A stretch of DNA of 59,896 nt, filler included, from Dimargaris cristalligena (Eukaryota), in assembly GCA_003614675.1 (NCBI GenBank). It is 8 parts of 8 records of this genome, joined end to end, with 100 filler letters (N's around TTAATTAATTAA, not from the genome) between each part and the next. Parts side by side here need not be neighbours in the genome. Positions count along the whole stretch, not along the records: positions 45,075 to 52,438 come from ML003421.1; positions 52,539 to 59,896 come from ML003422.1; 6 more parts are not named here. One strand, written 5' to 3'. Below are positions 46,061 to 59,442 of this stretch, piece by piece (the stretch's first letter is position 1; each line of letters begins with the position of its first letter). A program made the position numbers and the translations under genes. Below the pieces are notes generated by a model, which was given only the letters and a program-made list of their open reading frames with translations, did not search any database and had not been told where the DNA came from.

Positions 46061-47698
46061 TTAGCAAACTCGGAACTCAGGTTGAGGGCGAATACGGGCC
46101 AAGAACTGCATATCCTGGGGCCGTAGAGTCACAAACTCCAGCCACTGCTTGAACAGCTGGTCGATATTACCCGCCTCAATGTAAAATAAACGCAGCATAG
46201 TGGCTAATACGGAAAATAGTTCCATATAAGCCAGGTTCTTCCCGATGCACTGGTGGGGACCCGACGAGAAGGTCATGAGTTTAGTTACATTCTTCTCCCC
46301 TTCGACGCCAAGGAAGCGGTCGGGATTAAAGGTATGGGGATCCTCCCATTCGGGACCACGGTGGTAGGCCGACATGGAAAGACCCACCTCGGTGTCTTCG
46401 GGAAGGAAATAAGGACCAATAGTACGGCCTCCCTTGGGCACGGAGCGGACGAAGATGCCTGGGGCAGCGGGAAGAAGGCGCATGGTTTCATGAATGACCG
46501 CTTCGAGAAAGGGCACACGCTCCTTGACAATGTCGGGACGCAAGTTCAGCGCTTCAATGGTTTCCAAGTTGATGGGCATGGCGGTTACCCCTTCGGGAAG
46601 CGGGAAGGCCTGAATGATGTCGGCCTGCAGGCGTGTGAGTTGGTCGGGATTGCGGAATAAATAAAAGAACACCATACACATAGTGACGGAGGTGGTTTCG
46701 GACCCGCCGAACATGATGGTCAGGGTTTCGCACTTGAGCTGATAGTCGTCCAGGCGCTCATTGGTCAAGGGATCCACCGACAGCAACATACTGTCCAGGA
46801 TATCGGCGGGTTTGCGCGAACTGCTGGCGGCCAACACGGCTTCCTGGGGAAGGGTTTCCAACTCCGCCCGGCGGTCCTGGATGCTCTGTAGGGAGTAAGC
46901 ACCCATGTCTTGCACGTCCTGGCGCTGTTTACTAAAACCGAGTTTGATTTTCTTGAGAAAGGGGAAAGTGGTGAACACGGCCACCAACGTGGTGTAGGAG
47001 TAAAACCATTCGACAATAGGGTGGTGGCATTTTTCGAGCACCCCCACGGCTTTTCCCAGGGTTAGCTCGGTAATAATATCTAGTGTCATCAGAGTTAGCG
47101 TCTGGTAGAGATTGATCACCACACCCTGGTCGTTGGAATCCGTTCCCTGGGCCTTGGCGCTGACTTTCCCTTCGGTGTACTGTCGGCACAGCGACTTTAC
47201 CAGGTTACCGGCACCGACTTTGATAATGGTGGGTTCCATAATACGCAGAGACCGAAGAGTGAAGGCCGGTTGTAGAATTCTCTTGCGCTGCCGGTGGAGG
47301 TCCGCATTACGAGTAGTAAACATGCCCTCAGTGAACACTTCGAACCCCTGGTACCAGCTTTCCACCTTGGCGTAATCGTAGCCTTGGTACACTTCGCGCA
47401 GGGAGGCCTTGTCAATGACACTGACGGTGTTGCAACCGACACGTACAATGGGGCCATACTTTTGGTGCCACTCGGTGGTCCGGAGATAGAGGCGGCCTTG
47501 CATTAAAGAGGGCCGCATAATTGTAGGGATAAGTTTACAGGTAAAGGGTCCGGGAATACAGGCCAGCGGGGAGAAGAAACACTGGTAGATGCACCAGCAG
47601 ACCACGGCCACGAGTATTAGAAGGCCGACGAGGCCGGACCAGCCCAATTGAATGTCGAGGTATACACTAAGGGTGCTTAAGATAAGGGACCGGGCCAT
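46061..47698 (-). CDS. Cytochrome P450, intronless, ~545 aa
   Basis: N-terminal membrane anchor and IPGP hinge; KYGPIVRVG; I-helix FGGSETT; ETMR; PDRF; heme loop FSSGPHQCIG. Confidence 0.96.
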   Translation of the reverse strand: MARSLILSTLSVYLDIQLGWSGLVGLLILVAVVCWCIYQCFFSPLACIPGPFTCKLIPTIMRPSLMQGRLYLRTTEWHQKYGPIVRVGCNTVSVIDKASLREVYQGYDYAKVESWYQGFEVFTEGMFTTRNADLHRQRKRILQPAFTLRSLRIMEPTIIKVGAGNLVKSLCRQYTEGKVSAKAQGTDSNDQGVVINLYQTLTLMTLDIITELTLGKAVGVLEKCHHPIVEWFYSYTTLVAVFTTFPFLKKIKLGFSKQRQDVQDMGAYSLQSIQDRRAELETLPQEAVLAASSSRKPADILDSMLLSVDPLTNERLDDYQLKCETLTIMFGGSETTSVTMCMVFFYLFRNPDQLTRLQADIIQAFPLPEGVTAMPINLETIEALNLRPDIVKERVPFLEAVIHETMRLLPAAPGIFVRSVPKGGRTIGPYFLPEDTEVGLSMSAYHRGPEWEDPHTFNPDRFLGVEGEKNVTKLMTFSSGPHQCIGKNLAYMELFSVLATMLRLFYIEAGNIDQLFKQWLEFVTLRPQDMQFLARIRPQPEFRVC

Positions 47699-50600
47699 AC
47701 TAACAGACACAAAGAAAACGCGGAATATGGTGTGCGTAGGTGCGCGTGTGTAAGAGAGGGAGTTTTATCAAAACCGACGGACCTCTATATAGGGATATAT
47801 GAACCAGATACAAGGGCGATCAATTGAGTGTGAATGATCGAATAGGTAATCGAAGTATGGGATGATTAACCGTCGTAGTAATAATATGATTATATAATGT
47901 GCAAGGGGAGACGTGGAAAGTTTTCAGAAAGGAGGTAGAAGGGGAGGCGGCTAGAGTGGGTATGCATCCACCTTTTATAATAAGGTGCTAGAGCCCATGC
48001 CGCAAGGTGAATATTCCTCTAGAGGGCCCTAGGGGTTGGTGGCACAGGTGGATCAACACACACCTTCTCCATATCAGTATATATAAAGTGAAGAAAATGT
48101 AATAGTGTGAATCATGAAGGGTGTTTACCATATTTCCTTTGTTTTAAAAAACGGGGCGTCATGTGGATTGGGCAAGGTTAAACGGGGACGAAGTAGCCAC
48201 GCTTCCTAAATCCGTCGACCTATATATCCTAAATAAGTGGACCTACTCCCCGCCCCTACCGCGTACGCCCATTCGGATACATCTTAAGAAATAGAAATCA
48301 ACAAGACATGGGTGAAATACATTTAGTTAAGTAAATGGACATTATAGACGATAGACATCACCCCTATAATATTTCTGAGCTAGTCCTCCACATTTGCCTC
48401 ATCTCTTAATCACACTTTCCACCTCTATAGCGCTTTAACCTTTTTCAACCTCCCCATTGACAAGACATATGCAACGGCCTCGCCTGTATAACCATTGCAC
48501 GACATTAGCGTGCTAACTTAGCAAGTTATTATAGGAAATGTCCCAAGATGGGTTCCCAACCCAACAAAAATCATTGCAACAACAGGGCATTTTATTCCTT
48601 CTCACCTTCAGAGAACATTCGGCCCAGTTTTGGTAAAAACATCGGGTTTGAAGGGCTCCCCCTCCCTGCTCACCCTCAGATTGAAATACAAGACTAACTG
48701 AAGCAACACGGAAACAACGGCGGGTACAATTCTTTGACCAATTTTGATTGACCTCGTGAAACCGGATCCCCAAGGGGCGCGGAACTCGGCGTTGGTTCAA
48801 TCTATGGGGAAGGGGAGGGTGATCGCTAAGCCCGTCCATAATTATGGCATGTATTTTTATTGCATGGGAATGTTACACTTCGTATACCACTCCCCTTTCC
48901 ATATGACTAACGCCGTTGCCCTTACTGTCCATTTGGTGTGAAATGGGCAGCCCCATACACTTTAGTACAAAGACCTGGTTTGAAACCCATATTCCCACCC
49001 TCTTTCAAAATTAGCCCCGTCGATGCGCCTGTGGCATTTAATCCCTCAAGAGGGGGGTGGGAGGATTGTAATACTTGGATATATGTCGACGAAGCCGCAC
49101 GGACCCAGTACCGGCCCCTCTCCCATATTATAGGGCCTCTTTAGATTGAACTACCCAGTCGATGACACATTTCTTCGTACATATAGTTTTACATATTCCT
49201 GTATGGGACACACTATGTTACCCCTAAAATATTGGCCAACCCTTTACGTCAGCCGCACCAATTCCAGGCAAATTGCAATTTTAAAGAAAATGGCATGGAA
49301 TTAAAAACCAAATGGACTTCCAGTCTCATTCGTGGGTATATTGGACTCCAGCAGTACAGAAATGCCGTCCATCTCCGAATTTTAAATGCCGTTATTTTCA
49401 CAGGATATATTTCCACACGCCCGCCAAATTACCATGGTCCGTTTATAGCTTTATTACTATATCATTATACCAATTGTGTCCCCCTTAGTTTTTGGCTTCT
49501 GGAAAGCCCCGATGATGTAGCCAGTCCAACCACATTGGTCGCACATTACTACAGACATGTAAGATGGAAATGCCTAAGGGAGAAAAACTCAACCATTAGC
49601 CCAAGTATGGACTGGTTGGCAAGATATATTTTTTTCTGCTCTGGCTATTAATCGTTCAGTCAGATTGGAATTGACAATGAAACACTTTTCGAAATTGCGG
49701 AATAGTATCCTGTATGAAAATATTATAAAATATTTTAACCTAAAATTGATCTCAGGCTAGGCCCAATTACTCTATATACACCACAGGGTTATAAAACGTG
49801 TAAAAACACTGTGGCCGTGAGAACTGCCCTCCAAATTTAGGTTTCATCCAGCCAAGGATTGAATTGGAAGATGTTTCAACAGACCCTCGAGCTCTAGCAA
49901 CCCACCTTTCCTTTACGGGCAGACGATTGAAACAAAAGGTAGGTCACTGAATAGATTGTCCAATAAAAAGCCCGGCTAATTAATTGGGAGTGACCATGGT
50001 CATTCTTATTTATGCTACACCAGCTCTACCCTTGTTAGCAGTGCATAAAGTTGATTGTCTGACCATCCTGGTACTAATGGATCGGAAGGTCTTGTATACA
50101 CAATCATACCAGCGAGGAAGGCTCTGGCTACCACCCATAGGACCTCTATAAATCCTGTAGCTTGGGCCTGAAGATATACATTAATAGGATTTTTCCGGGA
50201 AATGTGATTTAATCACAGTGTTCGATCAGGGGAACAGGCAGTAAAGACCAGCGATTTCTACACACTAACACATTATTAATCCCGAGTCATTTTACAAAAG
50301 TCTATTAAAGATGGGATGCCAACGATATTGAAAAAATACACACAATATCTCCCAGGTTTGGCAATAGGTTGGGGGTCTCACTGAGAATTGACGCCTGTCT
50401 TAGGCTACGACAGTTTCATTTAATAGAATACTCGTGGTTATAGAAGGGGTGTTGTAAGCCATCCGTTTAGAGCCAACGTCTATGAAAGGAAATATAGGAT
50501 AATCTAGAAGTAGGGGTGGTAAATACAGGACTGGGTATTGCTGAGTATAGAATGCGACTCCGCTGTAGTGATTGGACAACAGGGGAACAGTATAGTATGG

Positions 50601-52334
50601 CCCCCCTGCCCCATAAAACAACCGCCTGGGTTCAGTCGAACTTAATTATGTATCTAAGCAGACATTCAAAAATAAATTACCAGCGGATCTACATAGTATT
50701 ATTTGAAACGAATATGTAGTGTTGGTGGAAGGGGTGATTTTATGAAATGAAGTGAATGTATAATGGAACCACATTAAGAGACCTCAGAAGGTATTGCGTC
50801 TATGCCAGTTGAATCAGTTCACCAAAAGGCCTGCTATTAGTGGTCAATTGAAACAACTGGCTAGAGAAAACCAGTTTGTGGTAGTGGTGTCACAATAATA
50901 GAATAATTGGGTATATTTGCATACATGTGAATTCGTGAGACCTTCATCCCATAGGCTGTGAATCCCTTGATGTGCCGACCTCATAACCAATCTCGTGCCG
51001 AACAATGATAAGCCTCGGATTGTCTGAAACAATGTATTTCTGCTCACGCCTAAACGGCCCGCAGTCAGGGAAACATTCCTGTGCCGGCTATTCATATTTA
51101 GATATTTCTCGTGGAAAGATCACCCACATTTTATTATCATGGGGTGTACCAGTCACTAAACCTCATTTGCAGTTGTCACCGAATAACTACTATGATTCAA
51201 ATTACACCCCGGCTCATTAATTTCCTATGGTGTAATCAGGCATTACTCTATGAAACATTCGTAGTTGCCGTTGAACAGTCGCAGTTCCGTAACTCTTTTT
51301 TACATTACGGAAATATACTCGAACAACTTAGTAAATTCTAACTTGTTTAAATGGACCAAGGTTTCGTTTATCAATGATTTTTAGTCAATGAAGCCAACGC
51401 CATCACTGCACCTATACATAACACGCAGGTTAAGTAGGGCCAAATAAATTTAACGCTGGCTAGGGAACTTTAAGTAAGAATTTGTCAACATTAAAACATA
51501 AGGGACTCGGGGTGGCATGCGTCATAGTTCATTTTCGTACTCGGCATTCCTCTTTTGACCAATGTGTCATATTGTAACCTAGTGCCGAGTAGGGTAGGAT
51601 AGAGAGTAAGGAAAATGATGCCGAGTGGAGCAGGATAGATGTGAAATAACTGTAGGCGTATTAGTAAATAATAGTAGTTTATTTAAAGACACAGAATCCT
51701 AGTCCGCTGGGCTGGTGGCTAGTTTTATCCTTCTGGGGAGGGGTGTAGTTCTTGTGTCGACGGGGGAGGGTCGTCCTCCTCCATTAGGGGGGTAGATTGG
51801 ACCCCCATGTACATCAGCGGATTTTCTCCTGAAGGGGGGTATGATTAGGTTGGCCGTCCTCCTGATTATTCCGGTCGAAGTTTCCCCTTGGTTGCAATAT
51901 AACTGCTCGCTACCCACCCAACAGGGACAATCGTGGTGTAGGGGCCATATAGTGTGTTTTTGTTGGCAAGTTCGAATAATACGCTGCTGTTTAGTTGGCC
52001 TAACCCACCCCGTGGTTGCACCAACTCTTCGTTTTTCAACCAGGTATATTATGACAATAGCGTCCACCGGACCCTGGGGCTATTATTAGATGATTATTTA
52101 CTAGTAACTATGGTCAGTTGTAAGTTTTCTGGTCATTATGGTTTTCCTGAATACATTAACAGAGGTATTGAATACTTCTTTGCCATTCGTTCCAAGGTGA
52201 TATCATTTTAAATTGTACATTACTAGCTTCATTCACTGCATTGCAAACCAAGTGGCTATTGATATTAATCAATTTACTAACAGCTAATTTTTTATGGAGA
52301 TGCATTCAATAGTTCAATTAAGCATCAAAATCAT

Positions 52335-52438
52335 TGTCGCCCAGGTTGACCACTCTTAGTCCATCAAGAGTCCCAAGGATAGGCTTCTAATGGTAGGCAG
52401 GGCTTAGACTTGGTCAAGTGGGCTACTAGCATTAGGTT
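52335..52438 (+). mobile_element. LTR family B copy 5, 5' end cut by the contig edge
   Basis: TGTCGCCCAGGTTGACCACTCTTAGTCCATCAAGAG...; retains one ancestral CG. Confidence 0.85.
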
Positions 52439-53072
52439 NNNNNNNNNNNNNNNNNNNNNNNNNNNNNNNNNNNNNNNNNNNNTTAATTAATTAANNNNNN
52501 NNNNNNNNNNNNNNNNNNNNNNNNNNNNNNNNNNNNNNGGATAGCCACTGGGCAACCAATAATCAGCGGTGGTCGGCTGGCCCTGTGCGACATTCACCCA
52601 CTGTTAAAGTAGCAGTGATTAGCGATGTTATCGCGACAGGGACGGCTCGATGGACTCCCACACCCGTCTCTAAAGAGATGGAAGACATACAGGCCCAACC
52701 CCACCTCCCTTCACTCCAAGTGGAAGGGTTGTGTCAGCTCCCTTACCCAAGTATGGGCGTTATCTCCAAACAAAATCTAACAAAAGCTTTATCAGCCATT
52801 GCTATTTCCCAAGTGATAATGATACGATCCAAGGTACCAAAGATCCCCCCAATGTCATTTTTTCTCGACTCTCCACGGCCGGCCTACCAAGTGAAACGCG
52901 TGGGAGAGGCCAGTGCAGTAGAGAGCAGAATAGGGCGGGATAGTACATTCAGCAGCCAGTAGCCACTCTATGACCACCAATGCCTAACGATTCTCGACGA
53001 CTATCTAGCAGAGAGGGTTACTTTGAGGGGAGAAGTGTAGTGCTCGAGTTGTTCATTATCGGGTAAACTTAC

Positions 53073-53187
53073 CGGCAGAGTCGTAGCCGCGGTATTCCAG
53101 ACGGGCCAGGCCGTTCAGAAGAGTCTCGGAGATCTTCTTCCGGTCAACGTCGACCAGGTAGTTCAGGTAACCGAAGATGCCGCACAT
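53073..53187 (-). CDS. GFA1: Glutamine:fructose-6-phosphate amidotransferase, exon 1 only (rest beyond the contig edge)
   Basis: [10 protein letters not shown]...[13 protein letters not shown] followed by a GTAAGT donor at 53072. Confidence 0.93.
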
Positions 53188-53468
53188 GGTGGTAGAAAAT
53201 GGGGGGTATGAAAGTAGGGGGGCGGTGAATGGTACTCGAGGACGAGATGAGGAAGGGGCAGCAGATGAGCTAACAGCGAAACTGCGGAGAGGGGACCTAT
53301 ATAGACACAGAGTCGGGCTAAGTAACGAGTTGGAGTGCAAGTACAGAGGATGAGGCGAATTAGGCAAGGATTGGTGAAAAAATGATACAGAAAGGTGGGG
53401 GAGAGGATACAGGGGGAATAGTGCCAAGAGCGGGAGACGAGCATCGAAGGTCGCGGACGGCTCCGTCT

Positions 53469-53475
53469 TTTTATA
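53469..53475 (-). promoter_or_regulatory. Candidate TATA box of GFA1
   Basis: TATAAAA on the minus strand upstream of a pyrimidine-rich leader. Confidence 0.4.
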
Positions 53476-55093
53476 GATTCAGCGGTAGAGCGGTCCGGGA
53501 GGCTCCCAGTCCATAATGAACGGTGCAGATCGCCTCTATTCTGGTTAAGCGATTTCCGTTCCCTCTCTGCTCACCCTCTATGGCTCCGCGGTAGTGTCGG
53601 TCGCCCTATTGTTCTCTCTCTCTCTCTCAAGGAGAAGAGAGGGATTATCCGTGCTTGCTACTTTGTGCAACCCCATTCACGTGACCGTAGTGCAGTGAGT
53701 GGTACTACTCTATACTATGATTCGCCTATATATGTTAAGAAGAGGGAGAGAGAGAGAGAGAGGGGGGGATATTAGCAAAGACTTTACTTCGATTATTGCT
53801 GGTTGGCGAACTTCGGTTTGCGGCCAGCCTACGGAAGATGGTCTTTCTTCCTCTCCGTTAATAAAGAACGGTCGAGAGCTAGTCTATTTTTGCCGCCTTG
53901 ATCACCAGTGCAGTGTGGTGGTTGGAACGGTACCAAGCAGTATGGGCCCCGCTTTCATAGGATTTGTTGGAAGGAATTGAGCAGTTTGGTTTTCCGCTCT
54001 TGCTAACCCTATTCCTCAATAACCTCGGACTAATTGCCAGGAGGGTATGCGGCGGCTGGTGCCCTCATTGCTTCATAGTGATCTATTGTTAGTCTGTGTT
54101 TGCCATTAATATTTAGTCGAGCCAGAGTAGTGGCGCAATTGGTTAGTCGTACCATGCATCTAAGACCAAGTGGTTAAGTAGGCGTGGATTTCGGGCATCG
54201 CAAACTAAAAGGTGTTAAAAAAGATGGTGGCCTAGAAACAATCTGGTAATGTTTCATTTTTGTATAGTATCCCCAACTAAAGAAGGTTCCGGAGTGGTTT
54301 CTAGGCTAGCGGGATATTGGGAATGACATGAGGTCATTTACATTCAAAATTATCTCGATGTGAATTCAGCCAGTCTTGCCCAGCAGAATGTTTAATCAAA
54401 TGGGTCGTGAATAACCCAATGAGCATGATTGCCGAACAACATGTTGGCGAAAGACCTGGGCGGAATGGAACAGCTGGCGGGGTAATTAGCCGGGAGTTAA
54501 GCGGCTGACGAAAAGGACGGAATGCGGCAATCACTATGGTTCTTTTCAGCGGGTTAGCTAGTAGGGAGGGGGGGAGGGATTTGCATATTCAATAGTTGGG
54601 TTAGAGATGATGATCGCCACGCCTGCTTCAACATGGTGGGCAGGCATGTACCCAATGGCAGGCCTACTCCGACTGCTTTAATCCCAATTCAAGGGGATGG
54701 TCATGGGGTAAGAAGGCGAGAGCTACCTACAATTACAATTTATGGCTGTTGGTCTACGGCATTTTATTCGTGGTTACAGGTATTTCCCACTAGCTGGTGT
54801 ATATATATTGTTATGTAATGGGTTAAGTAAGAGAGAGCCACGTCTGGTGGTGATTGGACTGCCTTTTTTGCTGGTTATTTTCACCTCACACATTCCACTT
54901 GTCAATCACCTCACTGGCCAATGAATGGGTGGGCTGTGCCACCACCGCCTTTATTCAACGCGGTGAGCTCATTGACAAGTGGGTGTGGTTGTGGGGTATT
55001 AGATTATATTGGGCTAAAATACCTATCCAGTGCTGTTTTTTAATTGCGGGGAGATGCTGGGCAGACGGAAATGGAGGAAATGAAATCCACACA

Positions 55094-55163
55094 AATACAT
55101 ACATACATACATACATACACACACAGACACACATTCATACCTACATCTATCCATACATACATC
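55094..55163 (+). repeat. (TACA)n-type microsatellite
   Basis: atacatacatacatacatacatacacacac... Confidence 0.8.
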
Positions 55164-55912
55164 CCCCCTTCTTTTGGGCCTAGCAACCGAAGGCCCCTAA
55201 AGAACCGGCTAGGCCATTGGTACGTGTCCCGCCGCCAAATATTCTCTCTCTCCACGCGCGGTGCGGACACCCACACCATACACACTCCGCTGTTCTTCCT
55301 TATCCTTATCGAATCTCATCGGTCCAGGGATGGTGGTGGGTTGCTAACAACCCCCCTATTCTTCTGCCTGTTATAGAGTCCCCTTCGTGTTCTATTTTTA
55401 CCCCAACGGACTGGCGGCCCGCTTTATCCCGTCCACTATGGCTGCCCCACTTGCCTTCTTCAGGTTGGCTGCATCTGATTCACCGGTTTATTTTTAGACC
55501 GTCGACGAGGTGGACAAGGTCCAGCTGATTTAATTGGCGAGGGTCCCCCCTGATAGGAATACTAATAATAGACTGGCCGCCCATTGTTCCTGGCAGTCAC
55601 ACAGCGCAAAGGGATTCAGCTAATAATCCCCTAACCCTTTAGAGCACCCCTTGGCCAATCTCTCCCAAAAGATGCTGCCACGTAAACCCCTATATTTAGA
55701 GATAAACGGCGGAATCAACCGATGAGGAAGGGCCCCACCTGACCAAGTGGTTACCCTAAAGCGATCAGTGCTTCCCCCCTAAAAAAACATCTCTCTTCTC
55801 GGGCATATTTGGGTACGGAATGCGGAGATGGAGCTATAGTTATAAATAGATACCCAATGGCTGGGCAGCTTGATCTATACTCAAGGTTAGTTATATTTAG
55901 ATATATATATAT

Positions 55913-56056
55913 ATATTGACGAGGTTCAACTAGGCTGTATATCGAAACATCCGTTGGATGAGACAAGCATTATTGGCTTAAAAGGAATTTCCCACCTATT
56001 TTTCCAGACTTATATCAGTTAAAGCCCTAGACAGCTGGGCTGAATTATACCCTTAT
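55913..56056 (-). mobile_element. MITE family A copy 7
   Basis: ATATTGACGAGGTTCAACTAGGCTGTATA...CAGCTGGGCTGAATTATACCCTTAT, 144 bp. Confidence 0.78.
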
Positions 56057-57006
56057 ACATCTCTAATCAAACTACACCATAGTTATATCCATTAGAGAAC
56101 AGCAGCTGCGTAAAGCTATCGGGGTCTATTAAGCTGCCCTGAATTTGGATAAGCCGAGGTACTCGGTGGATGATGCGTTGTTAGTCGGGGATGGCCCTAT
56201 TAGCAAGGAAGGAATACCCCCTAGCATGATCTCCAAGTATGCGTTGATATCAACTATCATGGTGCGTATTGGGCGGCGGACGTTAAATTTAGCTGCACCC
56301 TGCAGGAAGTACCCCTGTGGATGACGAACGGTACCATGAAGGCGATTTGGCAAATAGATCAGCACAACAACATGGTCTGCTTTACTCGTCCCTCTTGGCC
56401 AGGCCGTGGCTAGCAACGCACGCGCACTTCAATTATAGCGATTCCCGAATCACCCCAGTTCCTGCCCCTCAGTATGGAACCGCCCCCATTAAAACATGGC
56501 CTATTATTGCCGATGAAATACTCCGTCATTTTCATTAGATGGGCTGGTCTGCGGGAAGGAGGGAGTTGTGGTTTGGCAAAGACCCGGGGTAGTTTTACGA
56601 TGGGATGGTTGTGCTAGTCAACATAGTAATAATAATCAGTAAGCTGTGCGATGTTGGCGGTTTATTATGACCGCCCGGCCTTGGTGGCGCAAACATTTTG
56701 GTCTCCGTTTAGTGCGGGGTAAAATGGGCCTATAGAGAGAGAGAGAGAGTGTGTGTGTGGAGGCGAGGAATGTCTTGGCCACATACCCTTCTGAGTTGAT
56801 TACTGGAATGCATTCACTTTTCCCCACAACTTAGTACAAGTTCTCCTTACCCAGTTCTTCTTTACTTTTGAACCCCCGAACTTGAGAATCCCCCAGCTCC
56901 TCCTATACTTCCACCGTTGCCCAGTTTCCAGGCCTTTCGGTACTTCAGCCTCGAAGAACCCCCTCGCCTTGTCTCCCCGTGTTTCTACTTCCCGCCAGTT
57001 CTATGA

Positions 57007-59004
57007 ATGGACGAATATCTCCCCTCCAACCAATTCTACTTTACGTTTCCGTACCCCGACCAGTCCCGTTCCGAAACAGAGGAGGGCCGGGGGCCCGGTC
57101 TACTGGAAGGCATGGCCAGCCGCGACTACCCTTCGCCCCCTCCTTTAGCCTCGAGTCCTACCGAATCACTGGTGTTCGACTACCAGGCCCACCCCTACCA
57201 AGCTGCCCCTCCTGAACCGCCCGCTCTCCACTCTCTGTCCCTTGCCCTAGTGTCACCCATTACCACCACTACTACTACTGCCACCGCCCTAACCGCCCAT
57301 GGACTGGGCTTGTCCAATTACGGAACCGGTGGCAGTGCATCCATCCACGAAGAGGCCTTCAACCCCCACTGGGACGACATGGTCAACTTACGCCAGGCCA
57401 ACGTGACCCTCCGCTTATCAAGGGCCTGGTCGGAGGCTGATTCCGTGGTGACCGAGCATTCCCGGTTGTTGGCAGGGGGTGGTGACCCGACCGGGGAAGC
57501 GACCCCGGCGGGCCTTCGTCACCGGGGTGAACTCCCCCCCCGGTCGTCACTGGCTCTCCGACTAGCCGGCTGGACGGACACCTCGTGGAAGCGGTTCCTC
57601 CTTTTACAACTCTTACCTGTATTGGTGGTGGTGTTTTGGTTCTCCGTCCCCATTCCCGTGGACCTCTGGCCCGGTTATATCTGGCCCGACGACGAGGACC
57701 CGTCGGTCCCGCCAACTACTACTACTATTACTACCACTACTACTAACCCTACTAATACAATGGCTGGATTCCGGGCCACTGATACAGACCGGGGCGACGC
57801 GGACGACCCCTCCATCGGCCGCCCGGCCAAAATGAACTTCTGGTTCTTCCTGCTCTTCTACTACGGCGGCTACAACGCGGTCGCGCTCTGGCTCGTGAAC
57901 CAAATCTTCCGCGTCTACGCCCTCAACTGGTGGCCGTCGTCCATGACCGCCTGGTCCGCGAATGTGATGACATGGCTGTCGACCCTGGTGGTCGGGGCCA
58001 TCATTTACTACTGCGCATTGCAGAACCTGGAGAAATTCACCCTAACGTGGGTCCTCCTCACCCTCACTACCCTGTTGCTCCCCGTATTGGTATCCCTGGG
58101 CGTTCTGCGCTCCCAAAACCGTAACCGCCACCGCCATACTTTGACCGAGTTCCAGAAAATCTTTCTGGCGGAAGCCGAATGGCGCACCCCGTCGTCCTAC
58201 CGCCGCTTCCTCTGGTTCGCCGTGACGCTATCCATCACTTACCTGGCCCTCCTGGCCGGTGAATATCTGGCCCATCTGTTCCTGTCCACGCTACCGCATA
58301 CCTGGCTCGACGGACTCATTTACGTGTATTCGTGGGTCATCACCGTCTTCGTCTTTGGCTACGTCGCCGAATGGATCATCGAGGCCAAAATCCACTCCTG
58401 GCCCCTGACTATGATCTACCGGTACTACTTCACCCTGATTTATTTCATCTTTTACCGAAGTTTATTCGCCCGTCTACGCTCCCTCGACCAGTTCGTCTTG
58501 GTGCAACTGGGCTCGTCCCTCTGGGTCGTCTGCATTTACCCTATCCGCATGTCCCGCTGGGTCCACTCCCTGCTCGTGTATCTGTTCGGCCTGGAGCGCC
58601 CCTACGAGGACTATGTCAAACACATCAGCCGGACCTTCTTTTTGCGCAACTACGCCGAAAACACCACCATGGTGGCTTTTTTGGCCTCCGTGGTCATCCT
58701 CCACTTCGGTCCCAATGCCCGGTTCTACCCCTATTTTAGTTTCCGCCCCCCGGTGGACGATCACCCCGAACACCAGTACACCCTGGCCCTCACGCTATGG
58801 GCTAGTTTGGCCGTTTGGGCATCGGAATTGGCCGCCAGTTTCTGTACCCGCTGGATCGTATGGCTGTGTTATGGACACGCCATTGGTCGCGAGGCCGCCA
58901 AGGACTTTCAAAGGTACCCCGAACTGGCCCTGGCCATGATCTTCGTGGCTATTCACGTTTTACAAGACATGCTCCTGGCCTTAATTCAGCTCGATTTCAC
59001 CTAA
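57007..59004 (+). CDS. Multi-pass membrane protein of unknown function, 665 aa
   Basis: About 11 hydrophobic segments after a disordered N-terminus; strong C-ending codon bias. Confidence 0.85.
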   Translation: MDEYLPSNQFYFTFPYPDQSRSETEEGRGPGLLEGMASRDYPSPPPLASSPTESLVFDYQAHPYQAAPPEPPALHSLSLALVSPITTTTTTATALTAHGLGLSNYGTGGSASIHEEAFNPHWDDMVNLRQANVTLRLSRAWSEADSVVTEHSRLLAGGGDPTGEATPAGLRHRGELPPRSSLALRLAGWTDTSWKRFLLLQLLPVLVVVFWFSVPIPVDLWPGYIWPDDEDPSVPPTTTTITTTTTNPTNTMAGFRATDTDRGDADDPSIGRPAKMNFWFFLLFYYGGYNAVALWLVNQIFRVYALNWWPSSMTAWSANVMTWLSTLVVGAIIYYCALQNLEKFTLTWVLLTLTTLLLPVLVSLGVLRSQNRNRHRHTLTEFQKIFLAEAEWRTPSSYRRFLWFAVTLSITYLALLAGEYLAHLFLSTLPHTWLDGLIYVYSWVITVFVFGYVAEWIIEAKIHSWPLTMIYRYYFTLIYFIFYRSLFARLRSLDQFVLVQLGSSLWVVCIYPIRMSRWVHSLLVYLFGLERPYEDYVKHISRTFFLRNYAENTTMVAFLASVVILHFGPNARFYPYFSFRPPVDDHPEHQYTLALTLWASLAVWASELAASFCTRWIVWLCYGHAIGREAAKDFQRYPELALAMIFVAIHVLQDMLLALIQLDFT

Positions 59005-59442
59005 TACTCATTCACCCCTTGGTGGTAGGATATCAGCAATCAAGCGTTCTAAAGGATCAGGATTTTCAAGTTCTCTCGATTCCGGCCCAACCCACTTTCC
59101 CCTCTCATTGCTCATTTGCATGTCAAAAAAACACATCTAGACTTATCCGTTTTTTATTTGCGTTTGTCAATCATATTTCCATCCCTTCCGGTCGCCTCGC
59201 TATTATGTGTTACGAGTCCTTTTGGCTCCTTCATTTCCTAATATACCTGGACTACACATGCGTAGGCAATGCCGAACCCTATTGTCAACACCCCCCAATA
59301 TTATTTAATTCCTGGACCGCTTCATTGCTCATGTTGAACGGGTTTCAATCTTATATATACTTTTATTATCTATGCTTAATTCTAATGATCTTAACTTTCC
59401 AACCGTGTAAACTATACTCACCTACAATAAATTATTTTTAAC

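Noticed and set aside
49200-52300. Short ORFs upstream of the P450
   Set aside because: No recognisable motifs or consistent splice model
7463-52538. TTAATTAATTAA repeated at ~7.5-kb spacing, and any apparent gene cluster across it (e.g. LPMO, GFA1 and P450)
   Set aside because: Synthetic contig linker; the pieces are size-sorted and unlinked
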